Shown here piece after piece: positions 23,001 to 36,569 of a stretch of 64,000 nt of DNA. The notes under the pieces were generated by a model. It made no database searches. It was not told where the DNA came from and was given only the letters and a program-made list of their open reading frames with translations. Source of the stretch: Octopus sinensis (lineage: Eukaryota). How positions within the stretch are numbered: the stretch's first letter is position 1; each line of letters starts with the position of its first letter. The stretch is from positions 44,020,001 to 44,084,000 of the forward strand of contig NC_043012.1 of NCBI RefSeq assembly GCF_006345805.1, in the 5' to 3' direction. Made by a program: the position numbers and the translations under genes.

Positions 23001-24026
23001 GAAAGCTCTCAGATTACTTCTGATAATGTCCTTGTAATTTTACGACTTCACTAGATGAAGACTCAAATATTCAAATAAATATAAGATAATTTCTTAGGTG
23101 GGTAGAAAGCCAGAAATTTGTGAGTGTATGGAGGAAATATACTACAGATATTCCATGATATTGTGCTTTGGGAAAGATCACTTAATTCTCCTTATCTAAT
23201 ATACAAAAGATAATTAGATCTCCAAGGAAAGTTGGCTATGATGGTCTAGCATCCTATCCAAAAGGAAAGATATTTCTTTCATATATTAAATACCTTTGTA
23301 TGTATTGACATGCAACAGTGTAAGTGTTGGTCTTGGAGGGCCTGTGAAAACCATGTGTATTTCCACAAGACCCAGCACATGTAAAAAGGAAAAAAAATTT
23401 AGTTTTGAAAAATAGTCATAAGAGAAATACTTAACAAAGAACAAACTGTTTTATTTTTCATTTCTTGATTAAGAAAAGGAATTTGACAGGATCCCACACT
23501 ATATCGTTTAAATGGTAAATTGGTGACAATTGTGATTTAATAGATTATGAGCATGTTTGATGTCTGCTTGTCTAGATTGCCAAATCAACTAATTCTTGTC
23601 TGCTGCCCTAGTCTTCCAAATGTGCTATATTGTTAACAGTTCCACTAAGATGTTATATTAATTCATAAATATTAGATCATCAAAGATGGGGGATATACAT
23701 ATTTTAATAAATAATCCTTTTTTTTTTACATGACATTGTTATAGTTATAGAGGAAGTGTATAGTCAAATTAACTGCAATTTAATACAGTTATTTTTTTTT
23801 ATTGATCTTGGAACTATAAAAGGAGCAGTCAATAATGGCAGGATTTGAACTAAGAACTGAAATACTGTGCTTGGTATGCAAAGCATTTTTGTTCTGATGA
23901 GTGATATCCAAATGCTAATGCTCGTATATTCTTGTCATTATTTTACCTAATTTCATTATAAAGAAATGTAAAATAAAAAAAAAAACTTTGTAAAATAAAT
24001 CATTCTAGAATGAATTTCAGTTAAAA

Positions 24027-24034
24027 ATTTTATA

Positions 24035-24089
<55 letters not shown>

Positions 24090-24456
24090 GCATATATATA
24101 TGATCTGATTTAAACATTAAATTTTTAAATAATTTTAATGGTTGTGGGAGAAGATTGACAATGATTCTAGAAGTGCAGTTCGTCCCTGCACTTACCTGAT
24201 TATTTCAATGCAGTTGGAGACGTGAGTAAGTCATTCAGAAGTTAGCAGAGGAAGATGGCTTACAGGTGATCTGTGACACTGACAACAGCTTTAATGTTTA
24301 GAATGTTTGGAATTATCACATGACCTTCAGGTAAAATGAAAAAAACAGAAATAGAAAAGTTACTTCGTTAGTTGAGTTGATGACTCAAACAACAATATTT
24401 GCACCATGAGGTAAAGTTCTGCATAGCTAGTATATAGTGCACATATATACATATAA

Positions 24457-24507
<51 letters not shown>

Positions 24508-24529
24508 TAAGTATATATACACATATAAG

Positions 24530-24562
<33 letters not shown>

Positions 24563-24650
24563 TATATATATAGACACACACACATATAAGTATATATACA
24601 TATATATATATATATACACACACATATAAGTATGTATATATATGCATGCA
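24027..24650. repeat. (AT)n/(AC)n microsatellite blocks; similar arrays at ~669-745, 7276-7328, 7541-7600, 14399-14566, 57600-57735
   Basis: Directly visible simple repeats; the source of many YIYI-type spurious ORFs. Confidence 0.98.
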
Positions 24651-24684
24651 TTGCTGAAAGAATCAGTACACAGTCACCACCTCT

Positions 24685-24690
24685 TTTATT
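24685..24690 (-). promoter_or_regulatory. Candidate polyadenylation signal for PGPEP1
   Basis: AATAAA on the minus strand about 240 nt downstream of the stop codon; the hexamer is common in AT-rich DNA. Confidence 0.3.
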
Positions 24691-24928
24691 TTCTTAACTT
24701 ATCACATCTTTTAATTCAGCTTCCTTTTCACACAAACACACACACACATACACACACACATATATAGATATGTATGTATGTGTATATGCATGTATATAAT
24801 GTGTGTATGCATGTGTATATATATATATATATATATACACACACATACATATACATATATATGTATGTATATATTTAAGGGCCATTTCCCACAGCAACCA
24901 TTAAATTGTGTTAGGACAAAATTTCAGG

Positions 24929-25088
24929 TCAAGATGATATTTGTTCAAGCATTAACAAAATTGCCATTTTGACACCTTGAGCAAGTTCTTCACTGGTGTA
25001 GCCCTTGTCAAGTGTTGGAACATGTATAAACGCACATCGTGTTCGGTCTATGTACAATGAAGTAAAGTAGGAGTAATCACAGAGGTAT
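24929..25088 (-). CDS. PGPEP1: Pyroglutamyl-peptidase I-like, coding exon 4 (last)
   Basis: cttgcag|A TAC CTC TGT... encodes YLCDYSYFTSLYIDRTRCAFIHVPTLDKGYTSEELAQGVKMAILLMLEQISS*, TGA at 24931-24929; catalytic Cys (RYLC) and His (FIHVP). Total CDS 594 nt = 197 aa plus stop. Confidence 0.96.
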
Positions 25089-25139
25089 CTGCAAGGAAGA
25101 AAATAAAAAAATACATAAGAATTCTGAATTAAACATATG

Positions 25140-25430
25140 TCTTTTATCTTTTATTTGTTTCAGTCATTTGACGGAGGCCATGCTGGGGTGCCCAGGAGTT
25201 ATTTTTTAAGGCCTGGTACTTAACCTATAGGTTTCTTCTGCTCAATCACTAAGTTACAGGGATGTAAATGCACCAACACTGGTTGTCAAATACAAACACA
25301 AAGACACACACAGATACATACATACATACACACACACACTCACACACTCACACATACACACACACACATATGACCGGCTTCTTTCAGTTTCTGCCTACCA
25401 AATCAACTTACAGCCTGAAGCTATAGAAGA
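25140..25430 (-). mobile_element. SINE family A (degenerate), ~50 bp from the last PGPEP1 acceptor
   Basis: tgtttcagtcatttgacggaggccatgctggg...ggcttctttcagtttctgcctaccaaatc. Confidence 0.8.
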
Positions 25431-25445
25431 CCCTATAGAAGACTA

Positions 25446-26326
25446 CCGAAAAAAACCAATGTAATTTATGCATTTTTTCCGCAAATGTAAAGATAAACTA
25501 TAGGGGTTGCATAAATTACACGAGTAGATCATTTCCAGAATTTGTTTTGAAATTTCTTTTTGTTAGAAAACGGCATACAAAACGTAATTATTCATACCAG
25601 AAGTTGACTTATTTAATATCAGAATAAGTTTTTACAGAAAAAATATTGGCTTAAATAGCAATAATGAAGTTGACTTTTATTTATGCTGGATAGTATAATG
25701 CTTACTTTTTTCTGTATAAATTTACTAAAACCACAAAATGGTTAACTAGTTTTTGAAGGGATTAAAATTTCGATACTCCATATCAAACGTTCTGACAAGA
25801 ATAAATGGAAAAGAATTCTGTTTACATAATCAGCTTGATCAGTCACCTTCCTCTGTTGGTTGAGTAAAGTGTCATCCAAGCTGATGTTTATTGGTAATTA
25901 TACTTAATTTTCAACACCTACACATATTTATCAGCTTTGTTTTTGTTGTTAATTCTTATCAATAGCTTTTCCTGTGATTGTGGTTTGAGAAAACATACAG
26001 TAGTATACTAAAGATCAGACACGTAAAAGAAACGTAAAATAAAGTTTATTATAAACAACACAATCACTTTGTAATTTAATAGTTTTCAATGTGATACCTA
26101 TTTAAACAGAAATTTTTTTTATTTCATGAAAATTTAATAAAATCTGATCAGAAGTAAGTGTATGCTAAATACAACTAAATTGAAAACCTTTTCCCCCTGG
26201 CTATATCAGCAATTCTCAAAACTTTTAGGTGTGAATTTTGCATAAGGAAGCTTTTTTAAACATATTTTATCCTGAAAATCACCTGCGTAAATTACACAGG
26301 TGCGCAAATTACATGGGTTTTTATGG
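25446..26326. mobile_element. pogo/Tigger-like non-autonomous element
   Basis: Imperfect TIRs ccgaaaaaaaccaatgtaatttatgc / gcgcaaattacatgggtttttatgg; TA on the left. Confidence 0.5.
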
Positions 26327-26689
26327 TGTGTTGTTTTATGAATCATCATCATCATAGCACACATGCTGTTGACATGATAGCAAGAACAAAGGACTGAGTA
26401 TCTACATTTAATTACCATCCAGGTTGAAATCTCATAAAAGTCTGCTTTGCTTCTTAACTCTCTACAATCCATAAAATAAATTACTTGTTGTATACTTGGG
26501 CTTATTTCAGTGACTAAACAGCTTCCTTATAGATTCACAGTCATATGCCAGTGTGAGAAATAATGAATATTTTATTTTTTCAGGAGTTTTAAATGGATTA
26601 TTGTTTCTAGCATCAGATGAACTTCTGCAGAATTATTGTTAAACTATGGACACACAAGAGGTGCAGCAATATCAAAGGAAGGCTAACTG

Positions 26690-27813
26690 CGAAGATAGCA
26701 ATAAACACTGAAAACGTGCAGAGAACAGCTTCTGTCACATGTCAGGGGGAAAAACTACAAGTAGTTGATAGTGTCCATTACCTAGGTGACCAAGTCAGTA
26801 GTGGGGGTGGATGCTCTGAAAGTGTAGCTGCTAGAGTAAGGATAGCTTGGGCAAAGTTCAGAGAGCTCCTACCTCTGCTTGTGACAAAGGGCCTCTCACT
26901 CAGAGTAAAAGGTAGACTGTATGATGCATATGTATGAACAGCCATGCTACACGGCAGTGAAACGTGGGCTGTGACTGCTGAGGACATGCATAAGCTCGCA
27001 AGGAATGAAGCCAGTATGATCCGATGGATGAGTAATGTCAATGTGCATACACAACAGAATGTAAGTGCACTGAGAGAAAAGTTGGACCTAAGAAGCATCA
27101 GATGTGTCGTGCAAGAGAGACAACTGTGCTGGTATGGTCATGTGACGAGAATGGATGAAGATAGTTGTGTGAAAAAATGTCACACCCTAGCAGTTGAGGG
27201 AACCTGCAGAAGAGATAGACCCAGGAAGACCTGGGATGAGGTGTTGAAGCATGACCTTCAAATATTGGGCCTCACCGAGGCAATGAAAGTGACTGAGACC
27301 TTTGGAGATATGCTGTACTTGAGAACACCCAGCAAGCCAAGTGAGACCATAACTGTGGCCTATGCTGTATAACCAGCCCATTTAAGAGTACCCGTCAATC
27401 ATTGGACAATAAACTATGCTTGCGAAGACCTGTTGAGGCAAGTGAAATCGCTGTCGTGGCTGTTGGCAATACCGCCTGACTGGTAACCATACCAGTGGAA
27501 CATTAAAAGCACCATTCAAGCATGATCGTTGCCAGGGCTGTTGACTGGTTTCTGTGCCAGTGGCACGTAAAAGGAGGACCATTCAAGTGTGGTCGTTGCT
27601 AGTACTACTGGACTGGCTCCTGTGCAGGTGGCACGTAAAAAGCACCATTTGAGTGTGGCTGATGCCAGTACCACCTGACTGATCCTCGTGCCAGTGGCAC
27701 GTAAAAGCACTCGCTACACTCTTGGAATGGTTGGTGTTAGGAAGGGCATCCAGCTGTAGAAACACTGCCAGATCAGATTGGAGACTGGTGCAGACGTTAA
27801 ATGATGATGATGA
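26690..27813 (+). mobile_element. RTE-clade LINE 3' fragment (antisense in PGPEP1 intron)
   Basis: VVDSVHYLGD...RVRIAWAKFRELLPLL...KGRLY...MLHGSETWA...RQLCWYGHVTRM...GRPRKTWDE-like; 3'UTR with internal ~45-bp repeats; (GAT)n tail. Confidence 0.95.
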
Positions 27814-28135
27814 TACATGGTCTATTACTCTCCATTGGTTGCAACAGTGAGGGTTCCAGTTGATCCAATCAACGGAACAGCTTGCTTGTGAAATTAACGT
27901 GCAAGTGGTTAAGCACTCCACAGACACACATACCTTTAACATAGTTGTCAGGGAGATTCAATGTGGCACAGAATGTGACAAGGCTGACCCTTTGAAATAC
28001 AGGTCCATCTCATTTTAGGACTGGTGCAATGAGAAATAAAGCCTCTTGATCAAAGACAAAGTGCTGCCTGGTATCAAACTCACAACCTTATGATCATGAG
28101 ACGAATACCCCTAACCACTAAGCCACACGCCTTCA
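27812..28135 (-). mobile_element. SINE family B
   Basis: Homologous to 20600-20940; tRNA-like end cactaagccacacgcc. Confidence 0.8.
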
Positions 28136-28388
28136 CTGGTCTATTATTAACAGTTATTTCTATTTTGTTGTATAGAGTTGATCCTGACTATATAAACAGA
28201 GTTAAAATTGCAGCCACATACCAATGTACCAAATAGCGTTTGTTGGTTTGTAGTCCATTACTGAACCTCTGGCCCAACCCCAGTATACTTAGCCTTCAAT
28301 GGATGAATTTATTTAGCTTAACTGTAAATAAGTACTATGGGAAGGTAGTTTCCACTGTTATACCCAGCAGATGCACACTGAATAATTC

Positions 28389-28775
28389 AGGCATGGCTGT
28401 GTGGTAAGCGGCTTGCTTTCTAACCACATGGTTGCAGGTTCAGAGGCACTGCATGGTACCTTGGGCAAGTGTCTTCTACTATAGCCTCAGGCTGACCAAA
28501 GCCTTGTGAGTGGATTTGGTAGACGGAAACTGAAAGAAACCCATTATGTGTGTGTGTGTGTTTGTATCTGTGTTTGTCCCCCACCACTGCTTGACAACTG
28601 GTATTAATTCGTTTGCATCTCTGTAACTTGGCAATTTGGCAAAAAGAGACCAGTAAAATAAGTACCAGGCTATGACAAAAAAATAAGTCCTGGGGTTGAT
28701 TCATTCAACTAAGAGCGCTTCAAGGTGGTGCCCCAGCATGGCCACAGTGTAGTGACTGAAACAGATAAAAGACAA
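28389..28775 (+). mobile_element. SINE family A
   Basis: Head atggctgtgtggtaag, ccttgggcaagtgtcttctactatagcc, tail gactgaaacagataaaaga. Confidence 0.9.
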
Positions 28776-28924
28776 AATGTTTCTCTGTACTAAAATACTT
28801 AAATCTTGTCATTGTTATGGCAAAAGAAGAAGTTTTTTTTATCTTTTTGTTTTTAAAGTTACTTCTGCAAATGAAAAACAATATTATGAGATTTGATAAT
28901 TTAATAACAGTTTCAAATTATGTT

Positions 28925-29106
28925 CATGGGTGGGTGTAAGTCAATTACACTGACCCCCAGTACTCAACTAGTATTTATTTTATTGACCCTAAAAGGATGA
29001 AAGGTAAAGTCAACCTTGGCAGAATTTGAACTCAGAATGTAAAGACAAACAAAATGCCGTTAAGCATTTTGTCTGCCATGCTAACGATTCTGCCAGCTTG
29101 CTGCCT
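28925..29106 (-). mobile_element. SINE family C, ~80 bp from the exon 3 donor
   Basis: Minus strand reads ggcagcaagctggcagaatcgttagc...ttctgagttcaaattctgcc...ttgactttacctttcatcc. Confidence 0.8.
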
Positions 29107-29186
29107 TTTGGTAATTTAATAACAGTTTGAAGGATAGATGAAAATGTAGAAAGTACAAAAAGTATATAGAACGAGGAGCAACCTAC

Positions 29187-29416
29187 CGTCCAGCATCTTC
29201 AGACACAACTGCAGTAAATTTGTCAGAATTATTAACAGCATCACAGATCAGCTGCATATTGATCTCAGAGCTGATAGTGTCCTCAGCACCTTCAACACAT
29301 TTGTTGTTCTCTGGATGGTAGTCATTGATGTCATCAAGAAAATAACCATCATTGTGGGCAATTTGCTCTAAAGTCAATGTGTTGGCAATACCTGACACAC
29401 CGACATGGATTACCAA
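29187..29416 (-). CDS. PGPEP1: Pyroglutamyl-peptidase I-like, coding exon 3
   Basis: ttctag|LVIHVGVSGIANTLTLEQIAHNDGY...SEDAG-R|gtaggt; 230 nt, phase 0 to 2; contains the catalytic Glu (TLE). Matches ORF track 29183..29416. Confidence 0.97.
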
Positions 29417-29969
29417 CTAGAACATACAAAATAGAAAAGACTTATTATTCTGTGAGTCACCATTGTTGTTGCTACTAAAGAAACTAATCAACATTTGCAA
29501 AATAAATTTGTGATACTAGTTTCTATTTTTACAAGACAAACATGCTAGTTGGCCTATTATATCCTCAAATAATGAAATTCCATTCAAATTATACAATAAA
29601 AGTAAAATCTTTACCAGTGACAGTCCCCAGTCAAATTTCCCACTTTACCCACATGACATACTTAAATGCTGGGAAAAAAGTACCTTTATAGGTACAAAAA
29701 AACAAATTCCTCTATAGCACAACTGAATGTAGTGTAGATAACCACACACACCCACTCAATCTGCTCATGTAGAGAAATATTCCTTACATGTTCTAATACT
29801 CTCAGAGATTAGGAGGAGAAAAGGAAATGAACACTAATCAGTACAGAATCTGAAAGAGAAGCCTGAAGAATTGTTCCTTAACTCAAGAAAGATTCATAAA
29901 ATTCTTCACTTGTAAGATACTTCATATCTAGAAAATGAAGGGGAAGAGAAATAAGGTGATTCCTTAGAC

Positions 29970-31493
29970 AAAGGTAACAAACTGCTAGACCAGATGACGG
30001 ATGTTATATAAAGGGTCATTGCTCAACTTATTAGGAAGAGAGTTTAGACGAGATGCAGTTTGGTTCCATACCAGGTAGAGGCACTACTGATATTGTCTTC
30101 CAGCTGAGGAATCTGCAGAAGTATCTAACCAAAAAGAAACTTCTGTACTTAGTTTTTGTTGACAAGGAGAAAGCCTTTGACAGGGTTCCCCACTCCCTTA
30201 TCTGGTGGGCTATGTGGAAACTAGAGACAGATGTGTGGTTGGTGAGAGCTGTACAAGCCATATACAGAGCATTGAGTGAAAGTCAGCATTGAGTATAGCA
30301 ACAAATTTTAGTGTATATATAGGAGTCCACCAAGGATCAGTTCTCAGCTCTCTCTTGTTTATCATAGTTGTCCAGGCCATAACAGAAGAATTTAAGATTG
30401 GCTGCCCTTGGGAGCTCCTCTATGCTGATGATCTTGTTCTTATAGTTGAATCACTACAAGAACTAGAGAAAAAATTTCAGATGAGGAAGCAAGGTCTGGA
30501 ATCAAGGGATCTTAGAGTTTATTTAGCAAAGACCAAAGTCCAAGTAAGTAGGAAAACAGACAAATCACTGATCCCTTCAGGGAGATGGCCCTGTTCAATA
30601 TGTAGAAAAGCTGTTGGTAGAAACTCCATTTATTGTACCCAGTGCAGGCTATGGACATATAATAGTTGCAGTGATATCACAAGAAGATTAAAAGAGAAAG
30701 TAGTCTTTGTGTGTGGCAGATGTGTAGGTACAATAAACAGTAGGAATGTGCAGAAAATAGACTGACTCAAACATCCAGGGAGTGGGGATCCTTAGAAGTA
30801 ATAGATAGTTTCCATTACCTAGCCAGTATGTTCTGCTGGTTGGGTAATTTCAGTGTTCATGTACAAAAGAGTGTAAATGATTTAAGACAAAAATTGGGTA
30901 TATGAGGCATCAAGTGTAGTGTGCAAGAGAGACGGCTGCACTGGTATAGTCATGTTATGCAAAAGGATGAGGACAACTGTATAAAAAAAGTGCCAATCTC
31001 TAATTGTGGAGGGAACCTGTGGAAAGGGCAGACCCAGGAAAACATGGAACGAAGTAGTGAGAAAGCATCTTCAGTCACCGGGCCTCACTGAGATGACAAG
31101 CGACTGAGATTTGTGGAAATTTGCTGTACTTAGGAAGAGACATCAAGCTAAGTAAAACCATATCCTTCCGTACATATAAACATGTCCTTTACAACTATGT
31201 CCCATCACTCCCTCTCTCAGTCAAGAGATCCTTGTCTTGTGAACTTGTGGGTGTTGGTGCCACATAAAAAGTACCCATGCCAGTGCCACATATAAAGCAC
31301 CCACATAAAAAGTACCCATAAAAAAAGTGATTTGCATTAGGAAGGACATCCAGCCATAGATACCATGCCAAAACACACAATTGGAACCTTGCGCAACTCT
31401 CTGGCTGGCTAGCTCCTGTCAAACTTTCCAACCGATACAAGCATGGAAAAATGGATGTTAAATATTAATGATGATGATGATGATGATGATGAT
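29970..31493 (+). mobile_element. RTE-clade LINE, RT plus 3' end, degenerate
   Basis: QFGSIPGRGTTD...FVDKEKAFDRVP...GVHQGSVLS.LLF...LLYADDL, then a Cys-rich CSIC...CTQC...C...CGRC segment, 3'UTR and (GAT)n tail. Confidence 0.95.
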
Positions 31494-33304
31494 ACAAATT
31501 TGTTGATGATACATAGACCTAATTTTGGCTAATGAATTCTTGGCAAAATGTATAGACATTGGCTTTTCTTTAGTGTTATAGTACAGGAAAGAAAAGAGAG
31601 TTTAGTCAGATTATAAGTACTGTACAAACTACACTGATTAAATTCACACATCCTAAATGAAAAAAATATGTATTTGAAAGTGACTTTTGAACTTTAAAGT
31701 GACCTTTGGTTCTGTGTTGTAAAGTGAACCCAGAGGAAATTATACAATCAACGTTATTGGTTTATGTATCCAACATTTAAAAGTTTCTAACTGGTTTAGG
31801 GGTAAACAATAACAATGCTATCAACGGCAAACAACAATGAAACCCATAAAAAAGTACAAAATGAAAAGAAGCTACATGTAAAATTGTAAACTGACAGCCT
31901 GAATTAGATACTCTGTTAACAAATATCAAACACTTAAATATGACACTATAAAAATAGCAACAATAACTGATAAATATATGTTCACATTCTGAAGGCATTG
32001 AACACCATGTAGAGTCCTCTGATAATATAACTTTAGGGTGCTCTTAGTGCACTTGCAAAATGGGCAGTGAAATTCACCTCAAACAAAAACCTACAGTAAA
32101 GTTCTATTAATCTGGGATCCAATAGTCTAGTAAACCTCATTCTCCAGCAATCTTTGATGCACTTCACTGTTTGTTTTTCATAAGCATTATCACTGGCCAC
32201 TGACAATCTATTGCCCAGTGCTGAAATGTTTTCTAATTGTCTTTATCTATTTATATATTGTCCATCCGTTTTTGAAAATACATTCCAATGTTTATAAAAG
32301 TAACCAATTTGAGGAGGGCATAGGAAGAAAGCACGTAACTCTCACATTGTGTCTGGAAACTGATAGAGTACAGCATATGAAAAGAAGTGAAAAGTAGAAT
32401 GCACAAATAAAACAGATACTTCAACAATATATGATACTAAGAAATGGAAAAAAACAAGTTAGTGCAACAACTGATTGAACTGTAGCTGATTCAGCGATAA
32501 GAAAAAGTGTGGATGTGAAGCCAACGATCACTGAAAATGTTAAACAATTACAAGACCAGGGTATTGTGAAGAGTTGTGCATTCACAACTAACTGGTTTAT
32601 AACATGGCATTTGTAAACTTAATTTATCTAACAAAAAGAAGTCAATACATATTGAGGCTGCTGAAGAATATGGTTATGTATTTGATAAACTGGTTAGTAA
32701 ACACTCTTATTTCAATTTTTAAGATTTGACTTTCAATACAGATAATATGGTGCTACCCATATCCAAAGGATGCTAGACTAGCAGAACTGTGCATACAAAC
32801 AGAAAAGATTGGTAGTGTGACCTCAAAGTTTCACCTTGCTTGCCTGAATCCAACTGTCTGTTGAAGGTGAGCAAGCCAAGACTTTGAAGTCACTGCCGAT
32901 CTTTTCCTTGTAAAAGTTAAACCTAAAAGTTTTGATTACGTCTTCAGTTTAATGTTAACTTGTTTTTATATATAACATATGCAATTTGATAAAAACAAAC
33001 ATACATTTGTGTTTTCAGCTGGATGGTGCCATTTGCTGGCATTGCAAAGCATATCTGAGTTTTTTGACATACTGTACCACCTTTATAAACAAAAGTCCAA
33101 AAGTCTCATTCATATGATATCATTTGTTCACAGTTCTCTGTGTAACCTTGTTTAGGCTATTTGTTGGTAAACCTCACAGAGAAACAGACACAAGTTGGCA
33201 CCAGGAAGGACATTTGCTAACTGTAAAAAATCTACCCCATTGTACTCATGACCGATCTATAGAAGCAAGGAAAATTAGATGTTAAAATGATGATGATGAT
33301 GATA

Positions 33305-34330
33305 TATATCATCATCACTTAACGTCCAGCTGCCATGTTGGAATAGGACTAGACAGTTTGACAGGAACCAATGTGTCAAAGGACTGCATCATCCTCCAAT
33401 GTCTACTCTGGTATTGTTTCCATGACTGGATATCCTTCCTTCTTAACATCAACCACTTTACAAAGTGTGCTGAGTTTTTAGTGTAGCACCAGTGTTACTG
33501 AAAAACACCTTGTAACCTCCAAGGCTAAGAATCTCAAGTGGCCCCTATAATTAAGGGAGAATAGAAGAGTAGACAATGATTCTAGGCAGAGGGATGAGGT
33601 ATGGACATGAAAAGAGAAGGTGGTGCAGAGTATGGCAGGGAACAGGGGAGAGGGAGGGAATTAGAGTTAGCGGTTATTGAGAAAAGGAGGGGAATGGAGT
33701 TAAAAGGTGACAGGGTGGGTTGTGTAAGGTGTGTTGAGTTAGGTGCCATGTATATGTTCTTGGGCTCGGGTGGAATTTACAAACATTTGTTTCCTGTACC
33801 GAAATACTCTGCTGAAAACAAGTAACACAAATTTCTAAATTCATTTCTTTTTACTCTTTTATTTTTTATTCATTGGACTGCTGTAATTGTGGGTTCAAGT
33901 CTGGTGTGACAACTCTGGAATGTCATGATACTCTGAGATTCTACTGCAAATACATTGCATCATCTCAGCCAGATTCTTATAATAAAGTAGAAGCAGAGTT
34001 GTCATCCTCATTATCCCCATTTAATGTCCAACATCTATGTTGGCATGGGTTGGACTATTTGACGGGAGCTGGCAAGGCTGGAGAGCTGCACCAAGCTCTA
34101 TGGTATGCCTTGGCATGGTTTTAATGGCTGGACACCCTTCTTAATGCTAACCACTTTAGAGAGGGTATTGAGTGCTTTTTTATGTAGCACCAACACCAAT
34201 GGGATTGCCAAGAAGTAACTTGTGAGATGAAGACCTCTCAGGTGGAAAAGGGAGTAGAACTGCAGGAAGTGGCTTTGTGCCACGTGAGAGGTTAGTGTGT
34301 AATAGAGGAATAGAGAGAGGTGTCTTACTA
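33305..34330 (-). mobile_element. Two RTE-type 3'UTR fragments (~33305-33520 and ~34010-34330)
   Basis: ttaacgtcca...catgttgg...ttgacaggaac and atggctggacacccttcttaatgctaaccac; reverse complement of the RTE tail family. Confidence 0.65.
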
Positions 34331-36399
34331 CAGAGGGGGTACTTGGCAATCCCAGTAGGAAAAGAGAAAGGAGAGGAAGGCGAGATAGAGTGAGAGAGAA
34401 AGAGTGGTGTTGGAGATGCATCGGGACCTACCAATAGGTAGTGGAGGTGGGATGTCCAAGTAATACAGAGTGAATAGAGGGGGATGGTCAATAAGAGTGT
34501 GAAGGGAGATGTTTAAAGATGGGGAAGAGGTGAAAGTAGCAAGTGATGGTGAGAGAAATTGGATTGGCTGAGATATGTGAGGATGTGGAGAGTGTGTGGA
34601 TAGGCATGTAAGGGAAAGAAGAGGGGCCTGCAGTAGGTAGTGATCGTGGGCGGTAGGATGTGGTGGTGGTGGTTTTGTGAAGAGGGGCTGCAGGGAGAGT
34701 TTTGACAGAGAACAGATTATATGTGTGTGTGTGTGTGTGTGTGTGTAAGAGGTAGGGTATGGCCCATCACAATTTGGCTTAGTTTGATGTGTCTTCTCAA
34801 GCACAGCAAATCACCAGAAGTCTTGATTGCTTGTCATCTCTGTGAAGCTCAACATCTGATGATCGTTTCTCACCACTTCATCCCACACTGTCTTAGGACT
34901 ACCTATTCTACAGGTTCCCTCCACAATTAGAGATTGACACTTCCATATGCAGCTGTCCTCATCCATATGCATTTATTATGGATTCTAATATTATCTCACT
35001 ATATCTGATTCCTCTTATGCCCACTTCATTTCTTTGCAGTCTTCCCAGGTTCTCTGCATTTGAAGTCCATGTCTCACCACCATGCAACATCACAATTCCA
35101 ACACAAACGTCATACAATCTGCCCTACACTGTTGCCAATCGTGGTAGTAGCTCCCCGAACTTTCTCCAACCACTTCCAACACAAACAAGTTTACCATCAT
35201 TTCAAATACAATTCTCACCAATGCTATCTTAGTTCTGTCTCACAGTCCAGAACACTTTATGTTTGATTCTCAGGTTGCAAAACAGGTACAACATTATTCC
35301 TTTCTGCCTCACTTTTAGTTGTGTAGACCAGTCACTTGGCCAACCTTCCAGTAATTTGATAATGTTTATTACTATCACCTTTCTTACTGGTTCTCAAAGC
35401 CTGTCACTAAGCTTTTATTGCCCTATCAACCAAATCAATTCAGTAGCCTCTTTGTCTGGTTTCCCAGTGATAATGTAATTTATCAAAATAGCGGGTTTGC
35501 CAGATTAGTAAGTGACGAAGTAGTTGGCTGGTTTCTTAAAGCATGCATCTTGCCATTTGTCAGGTCAGTTGTATCACAGAATTCCAGGAGACTTACACCC
35601 TCCTTTCTTTGAGATTATATCCCTAGCCTCACTATATATCAAAGAAACTATCAACATGTCTGTCAAAGTTGCCAGCTATGATAAAGAAGTTACTCATTTC
35701 TCAAGTGAAATGAGACTGACAAAAACTAAACAAAAAATGCTTAAAAATTGAGGATACTATTACTATTAATATTTTTATGGTTGGTGTATTTTCCAACTAC
35801 AGGCTTTTCCGTCCTTGCATTACATCTATTTTTTTCAAGCTACTCTGCATGGGATTTTGTTAAATTCGATATCTACATAAAGAAGCACAGTTGTTTTCAC
35901 AAATTGATGCCCTTTTTACCACTGCCAAGAAATGTAGTAATTGTTATTGATATTATTACCATCACAGTCATCATCATCCTCATCATTATCATCATCTTCA
36001 TCATGGATAGTAATATACAATCTATTTGTGCACTGCTTTCACTTGTTGACTCCTCAGCAAGGCTTAACCTCCTAAGTCCGACCCAGCTACCTCAATCCAA
36101 GCTTACCATAGTGTAGGCACATTAATGTGAATGGAAGACAATTGCAATCGTCTCTTCTACATGTCAACTAAACTTCTAAAACAAACATTTCTTTAATTCT
36201 CTCATTTAACCTAAATTTTATTTTCATTTTATATGAAAGATCTTTTTGATAAGAAATATCTTTTGTTGCTTCTTCTATATAAAAAGAAAGATTTGTATAT
36301 TTGATCACTAAATTAAGGAGAAATTATTTTGTTTTTGAACAAATATGCCATATATAAATAGTTTAATGCAAATAATATTTTTTTCTTCTTCTCACTCAC

Positions 36400-36569
36400 C
36401 ACAGGATTGAATTCAGACCATAACAAGGGAATATCAGTTTTAACACTTTTATAAGCTACAGGTACTTCTTTAACAATAAGGCAGACATCATCACCAAGAC
36501 CTAGTTTGGCTACATGTTGTACTACAACCCAACTGGCGTTGACTTTGTGTACTCCAAAAGGCCCGAAGC
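36400..36569 (-). CDS. PGPEP1: Pyroglutamyl-peptidase I-like, coding exon 2
   Basis: cttaacag|GC TTC GGG CCT... encodes (G)FGPFGVHKVNASWVVVQHVAKLGLGDDVCLIVKEVPVAYKSVKTDIPLLWSEFNPV; donor GTG|gtgagt; 170 nt, phase 1 to 0. GFGPF and NASW are peptidase C15 motifs. Confidence 0.95.
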
